Shown: positions 12,583-26,195, counted from the stretch's first letter. The stretch: 64,000 bases of DNA from Paraphysomonas bandaiensis (GCA_965644295.1 CBFFRP010000144.1:124001-188000); one strand, 5' to 3'. Notes: generated by a model from the letters alone, not told the origin. Translations and numbers: made by a program.

Positions 12583-14498
12583 CTAATAGGCGTCAATGTT
12601 TTCTTCGTCGTGATTAACCATGCGATTAGCTGTTCAAAAAAAGAATGAGGATAATATACTAATTCATGAAATAATAAGCAAAATAATATACATATAACAG
12701 AATTACCTGGCGGGTCAGGCAACCTTCCAGGCATCGTATCACATAACGTTGTCATAGAAGCAATTACAAGCAGAAAAAACATAGCCCATCCAACGCCCAC
12801 AAGACCAGCGGTGTAGTCCCCTTCTCCGTATATCGTAAAAAACGTATCCCGTATGAACATTGACAACAAAAGTCCTCCGGTAGTAAGTGGGACAATATAG
12901 CACACACACACTTGCCAGAATCGTGCTGGGTAGATGTCTCGCCCATTCGGAGTATTGACGTTGCCTTTGGTAGCCTCGCGAATTACAGCTGAAAATCGAG
13001 GCCATCCAAAGTCCCAAGCAAATGCCAGCGACTCCAGGAAACACGAAAACAGTAGAAAGTAAGACCCCACAAAGTGGTCAATGACATCCAAAAGGCTATT
13101 GCCCCCCCTTGTACAAAAAGGTATGCCCAATAGAAACAAGATACAGCATAAAAAACCAACCACTTGAACATGGGAAAGCTTCTTATTGTATGATTTACAT
13201 AAGTCCTCCAATGCAGATATCAATGTCTCTAGCCATGCAAATGTGGAATCCAGACCAAGGCAAAGCAGCATGAGAAAAAACAATATAGCCATTACATTGG
13301 ATGCGGATCCGAAATGTGTTATACCCTCTGCGATGGAGATAAACGCAAGTCCAGTACCGCTCTGGGAAGCCACGTCATCAACAGTCTGGTCTGTATTGTG
13401 CGCCAAGTTTCCCAGGATGCTAAACATAGCGAATCCACCAAACAAACTGAAAGCCGAGTTAGCAAGCCCTACGGTGAGGCACACTCGATACACATCCTCT
13501 TTCGGATTGGCAACGGAGCTGAGAGCAATAGCAGTACCGCAGCCCGGGCTGAGTGAGAAAATAATCTGGCCGCAAGCAACTGCCCACAGCTCTCCGTTGT
13601 ATAGCTCCGACCAACTAAACTTTCCTAGGTAAAATTCTATGCCGTTACTGGCACCAGGCAGACTGATGCACCGAAAAAATAGAATTATCATTAATGCAAT
13701 AGGACCTACCACAGTAACCCATGTAACATCAGTGAGAACTTTCTTTCCAAACCCCACAGAGAAAAACACAAGGATATAAACGAACAGTAGACTGACGGCA
13801 ATCTTCCATTGTACAGGGCCAAGAGGGCCACCATCTGAGTACGAATTGAGTACATCTTCATCCCAATACTCTTCAGAGTCTTTTGAATCCCATGGAAGGG
13901 GATTCATACACGATGCTATAATATACAAACAACTATAGGCCAGTAATACATTGTAATAGGCACAGATGCAGGTCACCATTCCAACTTGGGCCCAACCTAG
14001 GGCCCTCCATCGAGGTCGGATTGAATTCAAAGTCTCAATTGCACCCAATCGAGTATACTGTCCTAGTCCAAGTTCCACTAAATATAGAGGCATAGCCACT
14101 AGGAAAAGGCATATTAGGTAGGCAAATACAAATGCACCTCCACCGTACTGCCCAACAAGGTAAGGAAATCGCCACACATTACCAATCCCTATGGCATACC
14201 CGAGCAGCCCAAGCATATAACTGGAGCTACTAACTGGCTCATTTTCGTCACTTTTCGATATTTCTGTTACATGCTTTCCTATTATATCGTCGCTGGACTT
14301 ACTATGTTTCACTCCATTGTCATGGACCGGGGATATGATATCCACCTTAGAAACATCAACCATTTCTTGTTCTCGAATAGTATTTTCTGAGGCGATATGT
14401 CGATTGTAAAGATAGCGTATGGCATAATACGCCGGACCAGCAAATATTAACCCCAGTAGAGTTAGAATAGCGGAAGCTGATGAGTTGGATTCAGTCAT
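12583..14498 (-). CDS. Sodium:neurotransmitter symporter (SLC6/NSS), amino-acid-transporter type
   Basis: GYAIGIGNVWRFPY, YGGGAF, ELGLGQ, QIIFSLS and LGLDS signatures, with ~12 TM segments plus an extra N-terminal hydrophobic helix. Gly at the TM1 position where monoamine transporters have Asp. A predicted intron at 12630-12706 gives a C-terminus ANRMVNHDEENIDAY* ending at 12583. Confidence 0.95.
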
Positions 14499-15425
14499 AG
14501 TGGAGTGGCTTATCAGATCATATCAACGTTACACACAACTATAGTTTCTACGGAACAAGATGATTTCGTGTTGACTCTGCCTGTCTGAAAGTGCTGCACC
14601 GCAGATAGATATACTCAGCGGAGCTCAGGGTAACTGTTAGTGTTGGCACAGCACGATGGAGGTGCTGCCTGTACGTCTACAGCTGGATATATCCCACACA
14701 TCACTCGCATCATTGCAAAGGTCAGTAGTGGAAATATTCAGCCGCAGGTATTATCAAAAACTCCGGTTTTCTAAGAGTAGATATTTCAGGTTTGATACAC
14801 TATACAGTGTATTTTGTGTATTCCCATTGATTAGATTCGCTTACGATCATGGCACCTGCCTGTCCAATGATCATCACCCCACAACCACAGAAAGAGATAT
14901 CCTACAACAGGATATACTGCAGGTATACAGTAATACCGCGGGACATACTGAATACACAAGAACAGGAGGAGAATATTTGGCAGGTTCCGACTGTATGGAT
15001 CTATCAGGATCTGTTGATATGCACCGTGCCCACCATCAGCGCAAAGTGAGTGCAATCATTAGCATGCAAGTGTAACTCGTCATCACACCTTATTCAACTG
15101 ATTAGTGATTGCTGAGAAATCACTACGAACCTCTCTTGAAGAGAACCAGTGAACGATATTTGATGGAAGCGTGAAAAACGTCTGAGTCCTGGTTAAATAA
15201 GTATTCTAAATAACATTCCTAGCGATTGGTCATCTCTTATTTTATGTCAAATAAACAGCTGCAAAAAATTTATTATGAAAATTGAGTCACCCATTGTCAA
15301 TGGGTATAATGGAGATACTCCATACTATCTGAGCAGCAAATATAAATTATATTAGGGTTAAATATACATTCGATAACAAGAATAAGCTCCACTCTACATA
15401 AAAAAGATATAATGGCCGTCTATTC

Positions 15426-16150
15426 CAGGGCTGCGTAACAATTAATTGCAATTTAATTGCAAATGTTTATAGCTCGCGCAATTATAATTGCAATTTAATT
15501 GTGCCAATTATTGTCTAATTAACTTAGTTACTCTTGCAAGCACGTATAGCATCTTCAGCCGTATGATCATATAATTGACGGAGTATGATATTTACATGGT
15601 CAAAATTCTAAATATCCAGGTTTTCGTCTGCAAAAACAGTAAAAATCCCAGATAGTCTATGTCCTTACCGCTGCACATCCAGTTCGTAGTGAACTTCAAT
15701 CCTGCAGTGTCCTGCAAGGCATCCAGGATCGGAAGAACATGATTGCCACACTACATATAGATAAATATCTTTAACTAGAGGGGTATTGAGCATTACATAT
15801 ACACTATGGATCGAGCTGAACTAAGTTTTGTAGCTCAAAATCAAGAGGAAAGACACATAATCGACCGTTCAAAAAAACAGTACATTTCTTAATGTAAAGA
15901 AAACGTTATAATGAGAGGCCAACCTTCCCACTATGCATTGTAATAGCCATTAAGGGCAATAAATGGCCATCATCCTTAATGTTTTGCAACTTCTAATTCT
16001 AATATTATGTGCTCTTATACTATATAGTTAATAATTGCAACCTAACAGCGAGTAATTATAATTGCAATTATTACGTATGTTCCATGCAATTTAATTGCAA
16101 TTACAATTAACTGCAATTAATTGAAATTCAATTAATAGTACGCAGCCCTG
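15426..16150. mobile_element. Non-autonomous hAT DNA transposon, 725 bp (CAGGGCTGCGTA family)
   Basis: Perfect 12-bp TIR cagggctgcgta/tacgcagccctg. Perfect 8-bp TSD gtctattc (15418-15425, 16151-16158). Clusters of aattgcaat subterminal repeats at both ends. Minus-strand remnant YDHTAEDAI resembles hAT transposase HTAE motifs. Confidence 0.93.
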
Positions 16151-16360
16151 GTCTATTCGAGCTATCGTTAATATTGGTAGAAGCTGTCTCATCAAAACGT
16201 TTCTGTTTAGTAAATAGCTGAAATATTATAAATATTATAAGACAGCTTTGGCATTAAACTGCACAATCTGTATTCTAATATAGCATAGTCACATGCATAA
16301 ATTCACACCTGTATTCCCACACATCTACACGTTGGTGCTACAAAGGAGCTGTTGGTTCCG

Positions 16361-16906
16361 TCAATCATCATAAAACCCAAATGGAGAATATAAAGACTGC
16401 CTGTGGGAAATTATTTTGACTCCATTAAAAGGAGAAAACTGAAGCCTCGCAAGTTTAGTGGGTGGTGTGTTTTCTGCGTCAACTGCTCTCAGGGTGGTTG
16501 GTTTCTTCAAAATTCCTTTCGATGGCGTGACTGGTACATTGGCCTCTTTTCTGAATGGCCTCAGTAAAAGAGGGTCGACTACTGCTGATTTATCCTCTTC
16601 TAAGCCTACGACGCTAGAGCGTCTTCTTTTCGTAGTTTTTTTCTTCGACTCTCTGACATTAATTTGCAGTAATGAAAAGTTGTTCCCAGGCACATTCATC
16701 GGAAACAACTCAGACTGGCACGAAACAGTCCCTGTCCAGTTATTACGAGCTCTGTGCCAATCCCTAAGCTTTTGTTCCAGTTCTTCCCGGGATCCTTTCC
16801 CTCCTAGCGATAATTTACAGCAGAGCTTCCGCAAATCCGCATATGTCCAATGAGCCTTGTCGCTAAGAGTGTCCGGGTTAATGGCAACGTATTCTTGTCC
16901 TTCCAT
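16361..16906 (-). CDS. 181-aa intronless protein with an N-terminal SAP-like domain and a basic C-terminal region
   Basis: ATG-to-stop ORF. WTYADLRKLCCKLSLGGKGSREELEQKL fits the SAP helix-loop-helix pattern. KKKTTKRRR is NLS-like. Confidence 0.75.
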   Translation of the reverse strand: MEGQEYVAINPDTLSDKAHWTYADLRKLCCKLSLGGKGSREELEQKLRDWHRARNNWTGTVSCQSELFPMNVPGNNFSLLQINVRESKKKTTKRRRSSVVGLEEDKSAVVDPLLLRPFRKEANVPVTPSKGILKKPTTLRAVDAENTPPTKLARLQFSPFNGVKIISHRQSLYSPFGFYDD

Positions 16907-17429
16907 TAAGTATATCGTCCTTTAGAGTAGAGTGGGGTGTAGTTTGGCGAGTGTTTTATGATAGCAATGCAAAATATTTGCACACTCAGGTCGCTCACCT
17001 TTGATTGAACAGAACAAAAAACACCTTCCATCAAACGACTTCTTTTATTTCTTCAACGGGCTGTTCGAGGTTTCGTTACGTGATGAATAGTGTATGCAAA
17101 CGGGAATAACTTTGAGCGTAGACTTCTTGTGACTTGGAATTCCTGAAGTTTCTCGGAGGGGTTGTTTTTTCAAGAGGCTGGATATCAGGATTTCATCAAA
17201 ATTTAGTGGATTTTCAGTCACAACGTACTGCTTGTGTGACGATACAGGTGTGTGTATTTGTGTATGGATAATTGCGTAAATGTGAAGTAAGTTTCATCAA
17301 GCAAGTACACGATAACATACCACACTGCCCGCTGCTTGCTGGAGCAATGAAGACACGAGGGTGAGGGATCTATCTGGGAGTAGTAGCCATTAGCAGCTCT
17401 TATTCAGTATACAGTCTCTCCCACATATA

Positions 17430-20400
17430 ATGACGACGAAAGTAAGTCCTCAGTGTCCTCAAGATATCACGCCTATTCCAGTGTCTCTGGGGATAACGAC
17501 TGGGAAGGTGATTGCAAACAGGTAACTGGCTACTGGTCTCCATGTACTGTGTAATGTGCATTATGTACTGTACAGGCCTCATGTCCCTCCTCCTATCGAC
17601 CCGACTATGGTGTCCAAAGAGGCATACATTCCTATGGAGTTTGCCCACAATAAGATTGTTGAAGTAGCTTCGGACATGCAAATGCTGAAGTCGGCATATG
17701 AAAAATACGTTGACAAACTACGTGACTATTACGATAAGATTCAATCTGATATCCAGACTCACTACGAAACCTACATCATGGATCTAAAGAAGACTGCCCT
17801 GAAGCATATCGAATATACCAAAAATACAAACAAGAAACGGGAACAAGATCTTCTTGAAGAAATTGCCAAAAAAGAAGAAGAAATGGACGACTTGCGAGAC
17901 GTGAATGCGAGTCGTGTATCAGAATACCAGGGGGTTATTCACGGACTCAAGGACCAAATTCATTTGAAAGAACAGGCCTTTCGATCTGATCAAGCCATGC
18001 GTGGGGAATGTGAATCAGCCCTGCGCGAGATATTGCGGGAGGTTGAGGAGAGAGAAATGCGTCGCTTGATGTCATCTCTGTCAGACAAGCTGACAGCTTC
18101 CCTACAAGAGAAAGATGCACAGTATTCGCAAATAAAGCAACAGCATGAGGAAGTAGAGACTCGTCTTCTTTTAGAGCAACACAGGATACAAGAGGATTTT
18201 AAAGTCAATGATTTAACGAGACGGGAGTGTCATAAAGCGCTGTTATCTGCTTTGAGTCGCGTGGAGGAGGGTCACTATGCAAGCATTGAATTTGAGCACT
18301 CAGCGGCACTGACTCGTCTCGAAGAAGATGCTAGCAACAGTGCAAAATATCATTCTCAGAGAGAGAAATTAATGGAGGATGAAATCGAGGGATATCGCAA
18401 CAAGTTGGCTGATGTATTGTCCAATAGCGAGGGCTCGATTGCTAGTCTTCGTGAAGAATTAGAAAGAAAGCTTGCCACTGTGGAGAGTGAAAAGGAGGCA
18501 GAGAGAGCCATTCTGCTGAAAGAGAAAGAAAAGAAGGCTGAGGAGAATGATGCGTTATCGGAACAGATGACACATGGAGGTGAGGAAATAGATGTACTAT
18601 GCTGAATATAACTGTGCATTGTGTGTTGTTTTATATCAACAGAGGTGCGGTCTGTTTTGTATGGGGTTGTTGCGGGGGTAGAGCTTAAGGACTCTGTATT
18701 TCAAGTCAAGAGACTAGAAAAAGCCTTGCGGAAAGAATTGCAAGCAAAAGGAGAGCTACAGAAGACGATAGATGGCCTAAAGGAGGAGATGAGCACAATG
18801 CTGGAGGGTCATGCCAAAGCACTTGCTGAAGCCGCTGAAGCTACTAATGCTGTCCATACCATTCAAGCGGCCCCGGTTTCTCACAATGTGACAGACGATA
18901 ACAGCAAGTCGCAACTGTGTCGTGAACTAGAGGACTTGAAAGAGCAATTGATATTACGAAAAAGGGACCTCGAGGCTGCGGTGGATATGGATGCACAAAA
19001 TACGGCAACGAAAGTCCACACGAAGAACATAATAAAATCTTGGATGAAGGAGTTCGAGAAAGAAAACGGTAAGTTAGTGTACGTGTCTAGGAGGGGTTGT
19101 TATATTATTTTCGGAAAAACAGGACGTGTACCTACCACTGAAGAGAAGTCTCAAGTAAAAGACAAATTCATAGCCCACAAACAGGTATGCCACTGAATTG
19201 GCATTTCGGTGTTTTGTAAGGTGATTAATATAGGCATCTGCTGCGGCGGCGGCATCTGCCGCGGAGGTGGAGAGAGTTACTGCTGAGGTATCTGCCATCG
19301 AAAAGTCGATCAGCGACTTACAGGATAAGCTGGACACATCGACAAGTAGTGCACCAGAACTGAAAGTGCCCCTGGACCACGAGCATCAACAAGTACAGGA
19401 TGGGAAAGGAGATCAGAATCAACACAGCACTGAAGCAGATGCTGTCACGGGAGAGTTGGCGTCCTCTACAATAGTGGAAGATCTTAAAGCTACTATTTCC
19501 CAACTGGAAGCCGATAATGTGGCCACAAGGGAGGCTAATGCGGCCCTCGAGGCTGATAAATCTCGTCTATCTGTGTTATTAGATAGCATTCGACATGAGA
19601 AGAGAACCGATGTCATCGCGCGACTCGAAGGAGAGTCTGATGAATTACGAAAAGAGAATGAAACACTTCAGGACACTATTTCGTCGATGAAAACAGAACG
19701 AATAAAAATGGAAACAAAGATGAAGGAACTTACTGAGCGGGTGGAAGAGGCAGAGGCGGAGCTGAAAGAGCGCGACGAAAGGGACACCAAGCAGGCGAGT
19801 GTAGACGAAGAGTTAATTGCAGTCAAAACACAAGTTTCGAAGCAGCGGAATCAGATCGTCATGAAAAGTAAAGCAGCGACGGCAGGGTGGGACGCTGCGG
19901 CAGATGCAGAAGAGAAGTTAGAGATAGAGATCGAACGGTCATACAATAAGGGACTCGCGGAGGGCAAAAAGATTGTTAACATTGATATGAAATCACTCAA
20001 CGAAGCCATCGAGGTAAAAGAAAAGCGCATCACCGAGTTGATTGAACAGTGCGCCGAAGCCGAAAGACGAGCTTCAGGGTTAGCCGAGGAGCTGGAGAAG
20101 GAAAAGCAGCGTCCAGCTGCTGTGGTGTCAGCTGATCGCGGGGCATCAAGCAGCCAGGGAGAGAAGGGAGGAAGTGTTGCTGTAGATTCAGGTAATGCCA
20201 TATTTTTCATATGCTACGCTGTGATGCGCTATTGTCATATATGTCTCATTTCGAAGAAAAGTATTACTGAACGTAGTGTGTAACATGTGTACAGGGTACG
20301 TAGGAGAAGCAGAGGATGTGAACTACGAATTGGAGGGAGAATTGGAGCGAGCTAAAGACAGTCTGGATGAAGCCCAGGAAGAAATCGTTACTCTATCTGA

Positions 20401-23093
20401 GCAGATTGAGGATCTTAAATCCTCCTTGGAATTTGCTGAGAAGAAAATAGCTATCCTCGAACAGATTGTTGAGTCAAGTGGTGATAAACAAGGTGCTACT
20501 GCGATCCATCTTCCAGGCAACTCACTGGACTCAGTGCTAGATCAGATGCGAAGTGCAATTGAAAGGGTAAGGACATGTCATTTGTGGGACCGTAGTATAA
20601 TATTTCAATATTCATTAGGGTACCAAACTGTGGAACGACAAACAACGAGATGCATGTTTTGATCTCTACAACCAGGTTGCTACGAAAGTTGTATCCCAGC
20701 TTTGTACACCAGAGCTTCGTGACCCACTGGGCGAAGCCATCGCTTCTGCGAATGGTCAAAATAAGAAACGTGGAGCAGTAATATTGCGTAAGGCATTTGA
20801 CCAGCTTATGATTGCTGGAGAAGATGTGAGTCTAAGTGTGTATTCCACACTTTGTTATTCATCGTTTTTGTAGCCTGTACGTAGACAAGCAGAAGAGGCG
20901 GTCTCCGGGTCATCTGCGACTTCCAAGGCATCGGCTGTTTCACATTGCCCTAATGGTGCAACGAGTGACTCCGGGGCGGTTGATCGACTAAAGCAGCAGC
21001 TCACATCTCTAAAGGCTGCAGCTCCAGCGACCACTGCAGCTGCCAGTGCAACTGCAACGGGTGAGGGAGGAAACGCGCTGCTTTTGAAACGCGCCAAAGC
21101 TGCAGAGGAGAAAGTGGAAGAACTGAAAAAGCGCCTTACGATGGCGGGTGGTACCAGTGGTAAAGGGGGGGGTAGAACCTCAGCTGGAACGGGTGGTGCA
21201 GATCCGACAGAAATCAAGAAACTTCAAAAGCGAATTCGTGAACTAGAGAGTCAGGGAGGAGGCGGCAATTCGGCTACAGACAAGAAGGCACTGGTTGCTG
21301 CTGAGAAGAAATTCGAGAAGCAATCGAAGGAAGTTGAGAAAGTGCACAGGAAGGAAAAGGCGGCTCTGGAAGGGCGTGTTTCTGTTTTAGAGAAGGACTT
21401 AGAACGCACCACGTCTGCATTGACTGATGCTGAATCTGAGCGTGACCAGCTCCGACAGAGAGTAAAGGAACTAGGCAGTGCTAATTCTGAAATGGAAGCT
21501 CTCCGTCTTAAAGCAGATTCGGCGGACCAATTAGCAGCCGACTTACAAGTCAGCCATGATCATATCACTCAGCTAACTGCTCAGTACAAGAAGGAGGCGA
21601 ATCTGCGGAAGAAATACAAGAATGAGCTTGAAGATCTAAAGGGGGCGATCAGAGTATATGCTCGTGTACGTCCGATGGCTCAATATGAGAAAGATCGCAA
21701 CTGCGAATGTGTGGTGTCTTTTCCTGACGAGACCTCTGTTAAAGTACAGACATCAAGAGGAGAAAAAGAGTTCGAGTTTGATGCAGCTTTTACCGATACT
21801 TCCACTCAAGAACAAGTATTTGAAGATACGAAGCGCTTGGTGGAGTCAATGTTAGACGGGTATAACGTATGTCTCTTCGCGTACGGGCAAACTGGAAGGT
21901 GCAGTTGTTTCTCGATGTTGCTTATTTCTTTTTCTTACTTTTGTTTTGATTTATCTCAACTCGATATCTCTTCGACCCAGTGGAAAGGTACTCGAATTAA
22001 TCCCTGTTTTTGAGTCATATGTGTGATTCTCTCTTGCAGACATTTACGATGACCGGCAGTGCGGATTTACCGGGCCTTACTCCTCGGTCAATCAACGAGA
22101 TGTATCGTTTGATTCACGAGAGAACTCACTGTACCGTCCGTGTATCAACCTACTTTGTTGAACTATACAACGACAATATAGTGGTGAGCTCATAGCTGTT
22201 TTGATAATGCAACTAGTTTGAAAATATCTTTCCACTTAGGACCTTTATTGGTTACTGGATAACAAAAAAGGTCGGGGAGAGCCTCCTAGGCTAGATATAA
22301 AACTAGATTCTAAGAAAATGGTATACATAAAGAATTGCATCGTTAAAGATGCCTCATCTGCTGAGGAATTAATGGAACTCTTTCGTTTGGGAAATATGGA
22401 GCGTCACGTTGGTGCCACGAAAATGAATGCAGAAAGCAGCCGTTCACACTCCATTTTTGCAGTGATGTGTGAGAGTTATGACTCCACTACCAAAAAGACA
22501 GTGACTGGTAAACTCTCACTAGTAGACCTTGCAGGTAGTGAGAGAGCGGACAAAACTGGAGCCAGGTGATGTTTGTACTCACTTCTACCTACCTCATAAT
22601 TACTTAAAATATGTTTATTAGCGCTGAACGACTCCGAGAGGCTCAAAGTATCAACAAGAGTTTATCTGCTTTGGGTGACGTCATATCAGCATTATCAGAA
22701 GGGGAAAAGTTCATTCCTTATAGAAACAATAAGCTCACTCAGTTAATGCAAGACTCATTAGGAGGGAATGCGAAAACATTAAGTATGTATCTGCAGGTTG
22801 TGTTTTTCTATTTGTTCACATGTTCTTGATAGTGTTCGTCAACTTTTCACCTGCTGACTATAACTCTGATGAAACGGTGACGTCGTTGAGTTATGCGACA
22901 AGAGTGAAGAAAATCACTAACAATGCTTCCAAGGTGTGCATTTTAATGAAGTAATTTGTTGTTCATTGATGATTTTGGCTATTAGCAAGCGGAGAGCGAA
23001 GAGGTGGCGCGACTGAAGGCATTGATCAAAAAGCTGCAGCAGGGCAATAGAATCGAAGAAGACGACGACGGGGGTGATGATGAACACAAGTAG
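17430..23093 (+). CDS. KCBP: Kinesin-14, KCBP (kinesin-like calmodulin-binding protein)-type C-terminal motor with a long coiled-coil tail; multi-exon; start codon uncertain
   Basis: Neck [24 protein letters not shown]; [28 protein letters not shown](SGKT); NAESSRSH; LVDLAGSER; [22 protein letters not shown]. The post-motor helix [13 protein letters not shown] and acidic tail match KCBP. Stop tag at 23091-23093. Confidence 0.92.
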
Positions 23094-23292
23094 CTAGCTG
23101 CTCATCGATGACGAGTTATGCATCAAAATGTAATTCTGCAGTGTAGCAGGTTCTATGTATCTATCAAGCACGAGACCATATGTGAACAATGGTTGATTAT
23201 TGTTTAGTTATCGAGTTGATATTAAAAGTATATATGTAATTATGACATGTTTTTTCCAGAATCCCTGTTCATTCATTGACGTACTTATTGGG

Positions 23293-24796
23293 CAGGGCCT
23301 GGTAACCGTTAATGGTAATGGCATTAATGGGCCATTAATGGTAATGCCATTATAATTGCCGGGAACCGGACTACCATTAATGACCTGTACTGCTATATAT
23401 AGAACTGAGTGTCTAAGATAATACAGTATCTCCTCTATACTCCGAAAAAACTCTAAACAATATTAGACAACAATGTTCATGCAACTCTACAGGTACTTTG
23501 TGGCAACCTTGGTCATTATCTTCTCAGTGCTCTGTAGATTTAGAGAATAGTTTCCTGATATATACCCATAGCAACGTACTCATATACCCAAAAACTCTAA
23601 AATAATCATTGAAAATATGCATATTTCACCTAGAAAGCTTTCATAAAAATACTATTTTCCCCCAAAGTTGAAAGAAGCTGCAGTACAAAATTATACCATT
23701 CCCTATATTAAGCGAATATGATGGCCAAAATAATTGATGGCAGTGTAATTTACAGTCTGAGTCTTCTTCCGAGTGGATTCAGAGAATCCTCTGCTCTGTA
23801 TCATATTTGTTCGTTGTACAATGATCGCCTTGAACAAGATACAGCGAGGTTACACGACTTGTGTGAATCATATAGCCAAGAAGGGCACCAAACATGCGGA
23901 TTTTTCTTGGCGAGAGGAACTCGAGAGAATTTGGGAAATGAAAGACTTCACGGGGGCGATTGATTATCCTTATATATAATATAAGAAAGAAAGTAACTCC
24001 TTACTCCAGATTCTTACTCCAGCTAACTTTCGAAAGATGAAACAATATTTGACGCAACTTGAAAAATTACAGAGTGTTACACTTGCCTTACAAAGAGGTT
24101 GAATCAATTTGTACCAAGCCCGCCAGTTATTTGATATACTGCTACAAGGATCTCCAGAGCTGCATCCATTCCTTTCCCTGAATGCAAGCATTGTTGCCAG
24201 TGCAATTTTTGTGAAGGCAGTGGCTAAAATTCAAGGGAATGATGAACGAGAGTTGACAGGCAATGAGAGAAGAGCAGATAGACATCTGCAACTGGATTCA
24301 TCCATTGATGTTGGTGCACCCGACAGAAATAACGACAAATATGCAGGAACTGATTTTGCACAGGGTGTTCTGGACAGCGCCGAGGTCACCACGAGAGCTT
24401 TACTTGGTACCTATGAGTCCAACTACCGCTGCTTGCTTCATGTCGAAGCAAATCTAATGTTGTTGAGAGGCTCTTTAGTCGTGCAAAGTTGATAATCTCA
24501 CCTGAACGTAGAAACATGAGTCCATATCGCCTAGAATCGTTGCTCTTCCTACAGCCAATTACATGTTGTGGGATGCTTATTCCCACCTAGAAGCCCTCTG
24601 CAAGATGTGCCAGTAGAGAGCGAGAAGTAGTTACAATTCGTAGTATACTATATAATTAAAAATTAGTAATTAAGGCAGCACTATACTATCTATTCTGAGC
24701 GGTATTATCTACTTTAAGTTAGTCGGTATTAATGGCCATTATAATTGCCGGGAACTGGACTACCATTAATGAGCCATTAACGGTTACCAGGCCCTG
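23293..24796 (+). mobile_element. Defective hAT DNA transposon, 1504 bp, with a pseudogenised transposase C-terminal remnant
   Basis: Perfect 23-bp TIR cagggcctggtaaccgttaatgg. Perfect 8-bp TSD ttattggg (23285-23292, 24797-24804). Frameshifted remnant LQSVTLALQ...ARQLFDILL...SNVVERLFSRAKLIISPERRNMSPYRLESLLFL resembles the hAT dimerisation domain. Confidence 0.93.
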
Positions 24797-24879
24797 TTAT
24801 TGGGTAGGGGTGTTGTGGGATTGTCAATATAGATATAGCCCGTTTAGCATTATGATACTATCGTAGTATATATGCGTAT

Positions 24880-25150
24880 TTTTACCCGAAACTGGCATTA
24901 GGATGGTGTAACCTAAATAACTGAACAATGAATTATTCAATGATCTATTAGTCAACATCTCTCATCATTTACTGTCACACAAAATGAATATCATCTCTTC
25001 TACCTACTAATATTATCAGGCCATTGACAGTCACGATCTTGTGCAGTCAATATCATATATCAGTTCACTAACGTAATTCATATCAAACTATTTCAACTAC
25101 CACTGTATTTTTCAGGCTACGGTCATAATTCAATACCTTAAAATACAGCT
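24880..25150 (+). repeat. Old AT-rich dispersed repeat, homologous to the reverse complement of ~32960-33270
   Basis: Shared collinear blocks: ccgaaactggcatt..aggatggt, tcaacatc.ctc.tcatt, and acgatc...tcaatat.atatatcagttcac. Boundaries approximate. Confidence 0.65.
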
Positions 25151-26195
25151 GTTAATTGCATACTAATAAGCGAAACTCAACAATTCTGCGGGGTGATGCT
25201 CGGGTAGGTACATCACCCGATATTGGTTGTGCACATGGAAGAGAACGAACGTCTGAGCATCACACCGTGAGCCATACTGAAAGTATAACCTTTCTTCCAT
25301 TCTAAATTTCGAGTCACTCCCTGCCCCATATTATCACCTACCAAATGCTCCAATTTTTCAGTACCATACTGACACAGTATGCCTCACAATTTGCAACGCT
25401 GTCATATTTTTACTGCCGTATTACTTTTCACATCTACTAACATTATAGGCTGACGATTTGTTGATGCGGATGCAGTACGTAATGCAGCATCTCACTACTT
25501 TATTATCGCAATCCAGTACAGTCCCTAATATCAATATTTATACGTTTGGATCTAACCTTAGACGTCGAAGTTGTTTGTGGCCAGCATATGTGATGTTCTC
25601 CACCAAGCTAGGTCACATGTATGCCATGCACCATGCATCTCAAAAAACACCCAACTACAAAATACCCCCCTGGCTCTATAGTCCTCTCATTGTATTTAAC
25701 AGCCTTTCAATGGTAGCTGATGTTTCATTGTCCGCTGATGGTAGTTCGTGGTGATAAGAAATCAACCTTTGCTTGGGCTAAAATCGGTGCGACGCTCTTA
25801 GTGTAGGGCTGAAACACATGTGGATCATAGTTGCAGACATAGGGCTTCAACCATAGCGTTTATATCCATCAGGCATCAAGATGCACATCAATACGTATTC
25901 CACGGTATTCCATAGAAAAAAACACAATAGTGGCAGTTATAAACAGCTCCTGTGTGTACGAGTAGCATACTGTACCATACATACAGCAGTCCTATATGTG
26001 TATATACAGCAGTACGGTACAGGTATACGCTCTATGTACATGACTGTGTTACATCACTCGCCTGTAGTAAGATTAAGTCGAACCACTTCACTTCTACAAT
26101 GAGAATAGCTGTCCACTGACCCATTAAAAGATGCGACTGTTCTTTCTTGTTCTGTAACTCCATATCTTCTCTGCCTGTCTTCTCTTTATATTGAT

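Noticed and set aside
14656-15170. Small plus-strand gene divergent from the SLC6 gene (139-aa ORF with splice-like sites)
   Set aside because: No recognisable domain and no unique consistent splice model. Unresolved without RNA-seq.
25150-25800. Possible Tc1/IS630-like remnant (minus-strand YLPEHHPAEL)
   Set aside because: A single weak motif among many stops, with no TIRs or TA duplication found.
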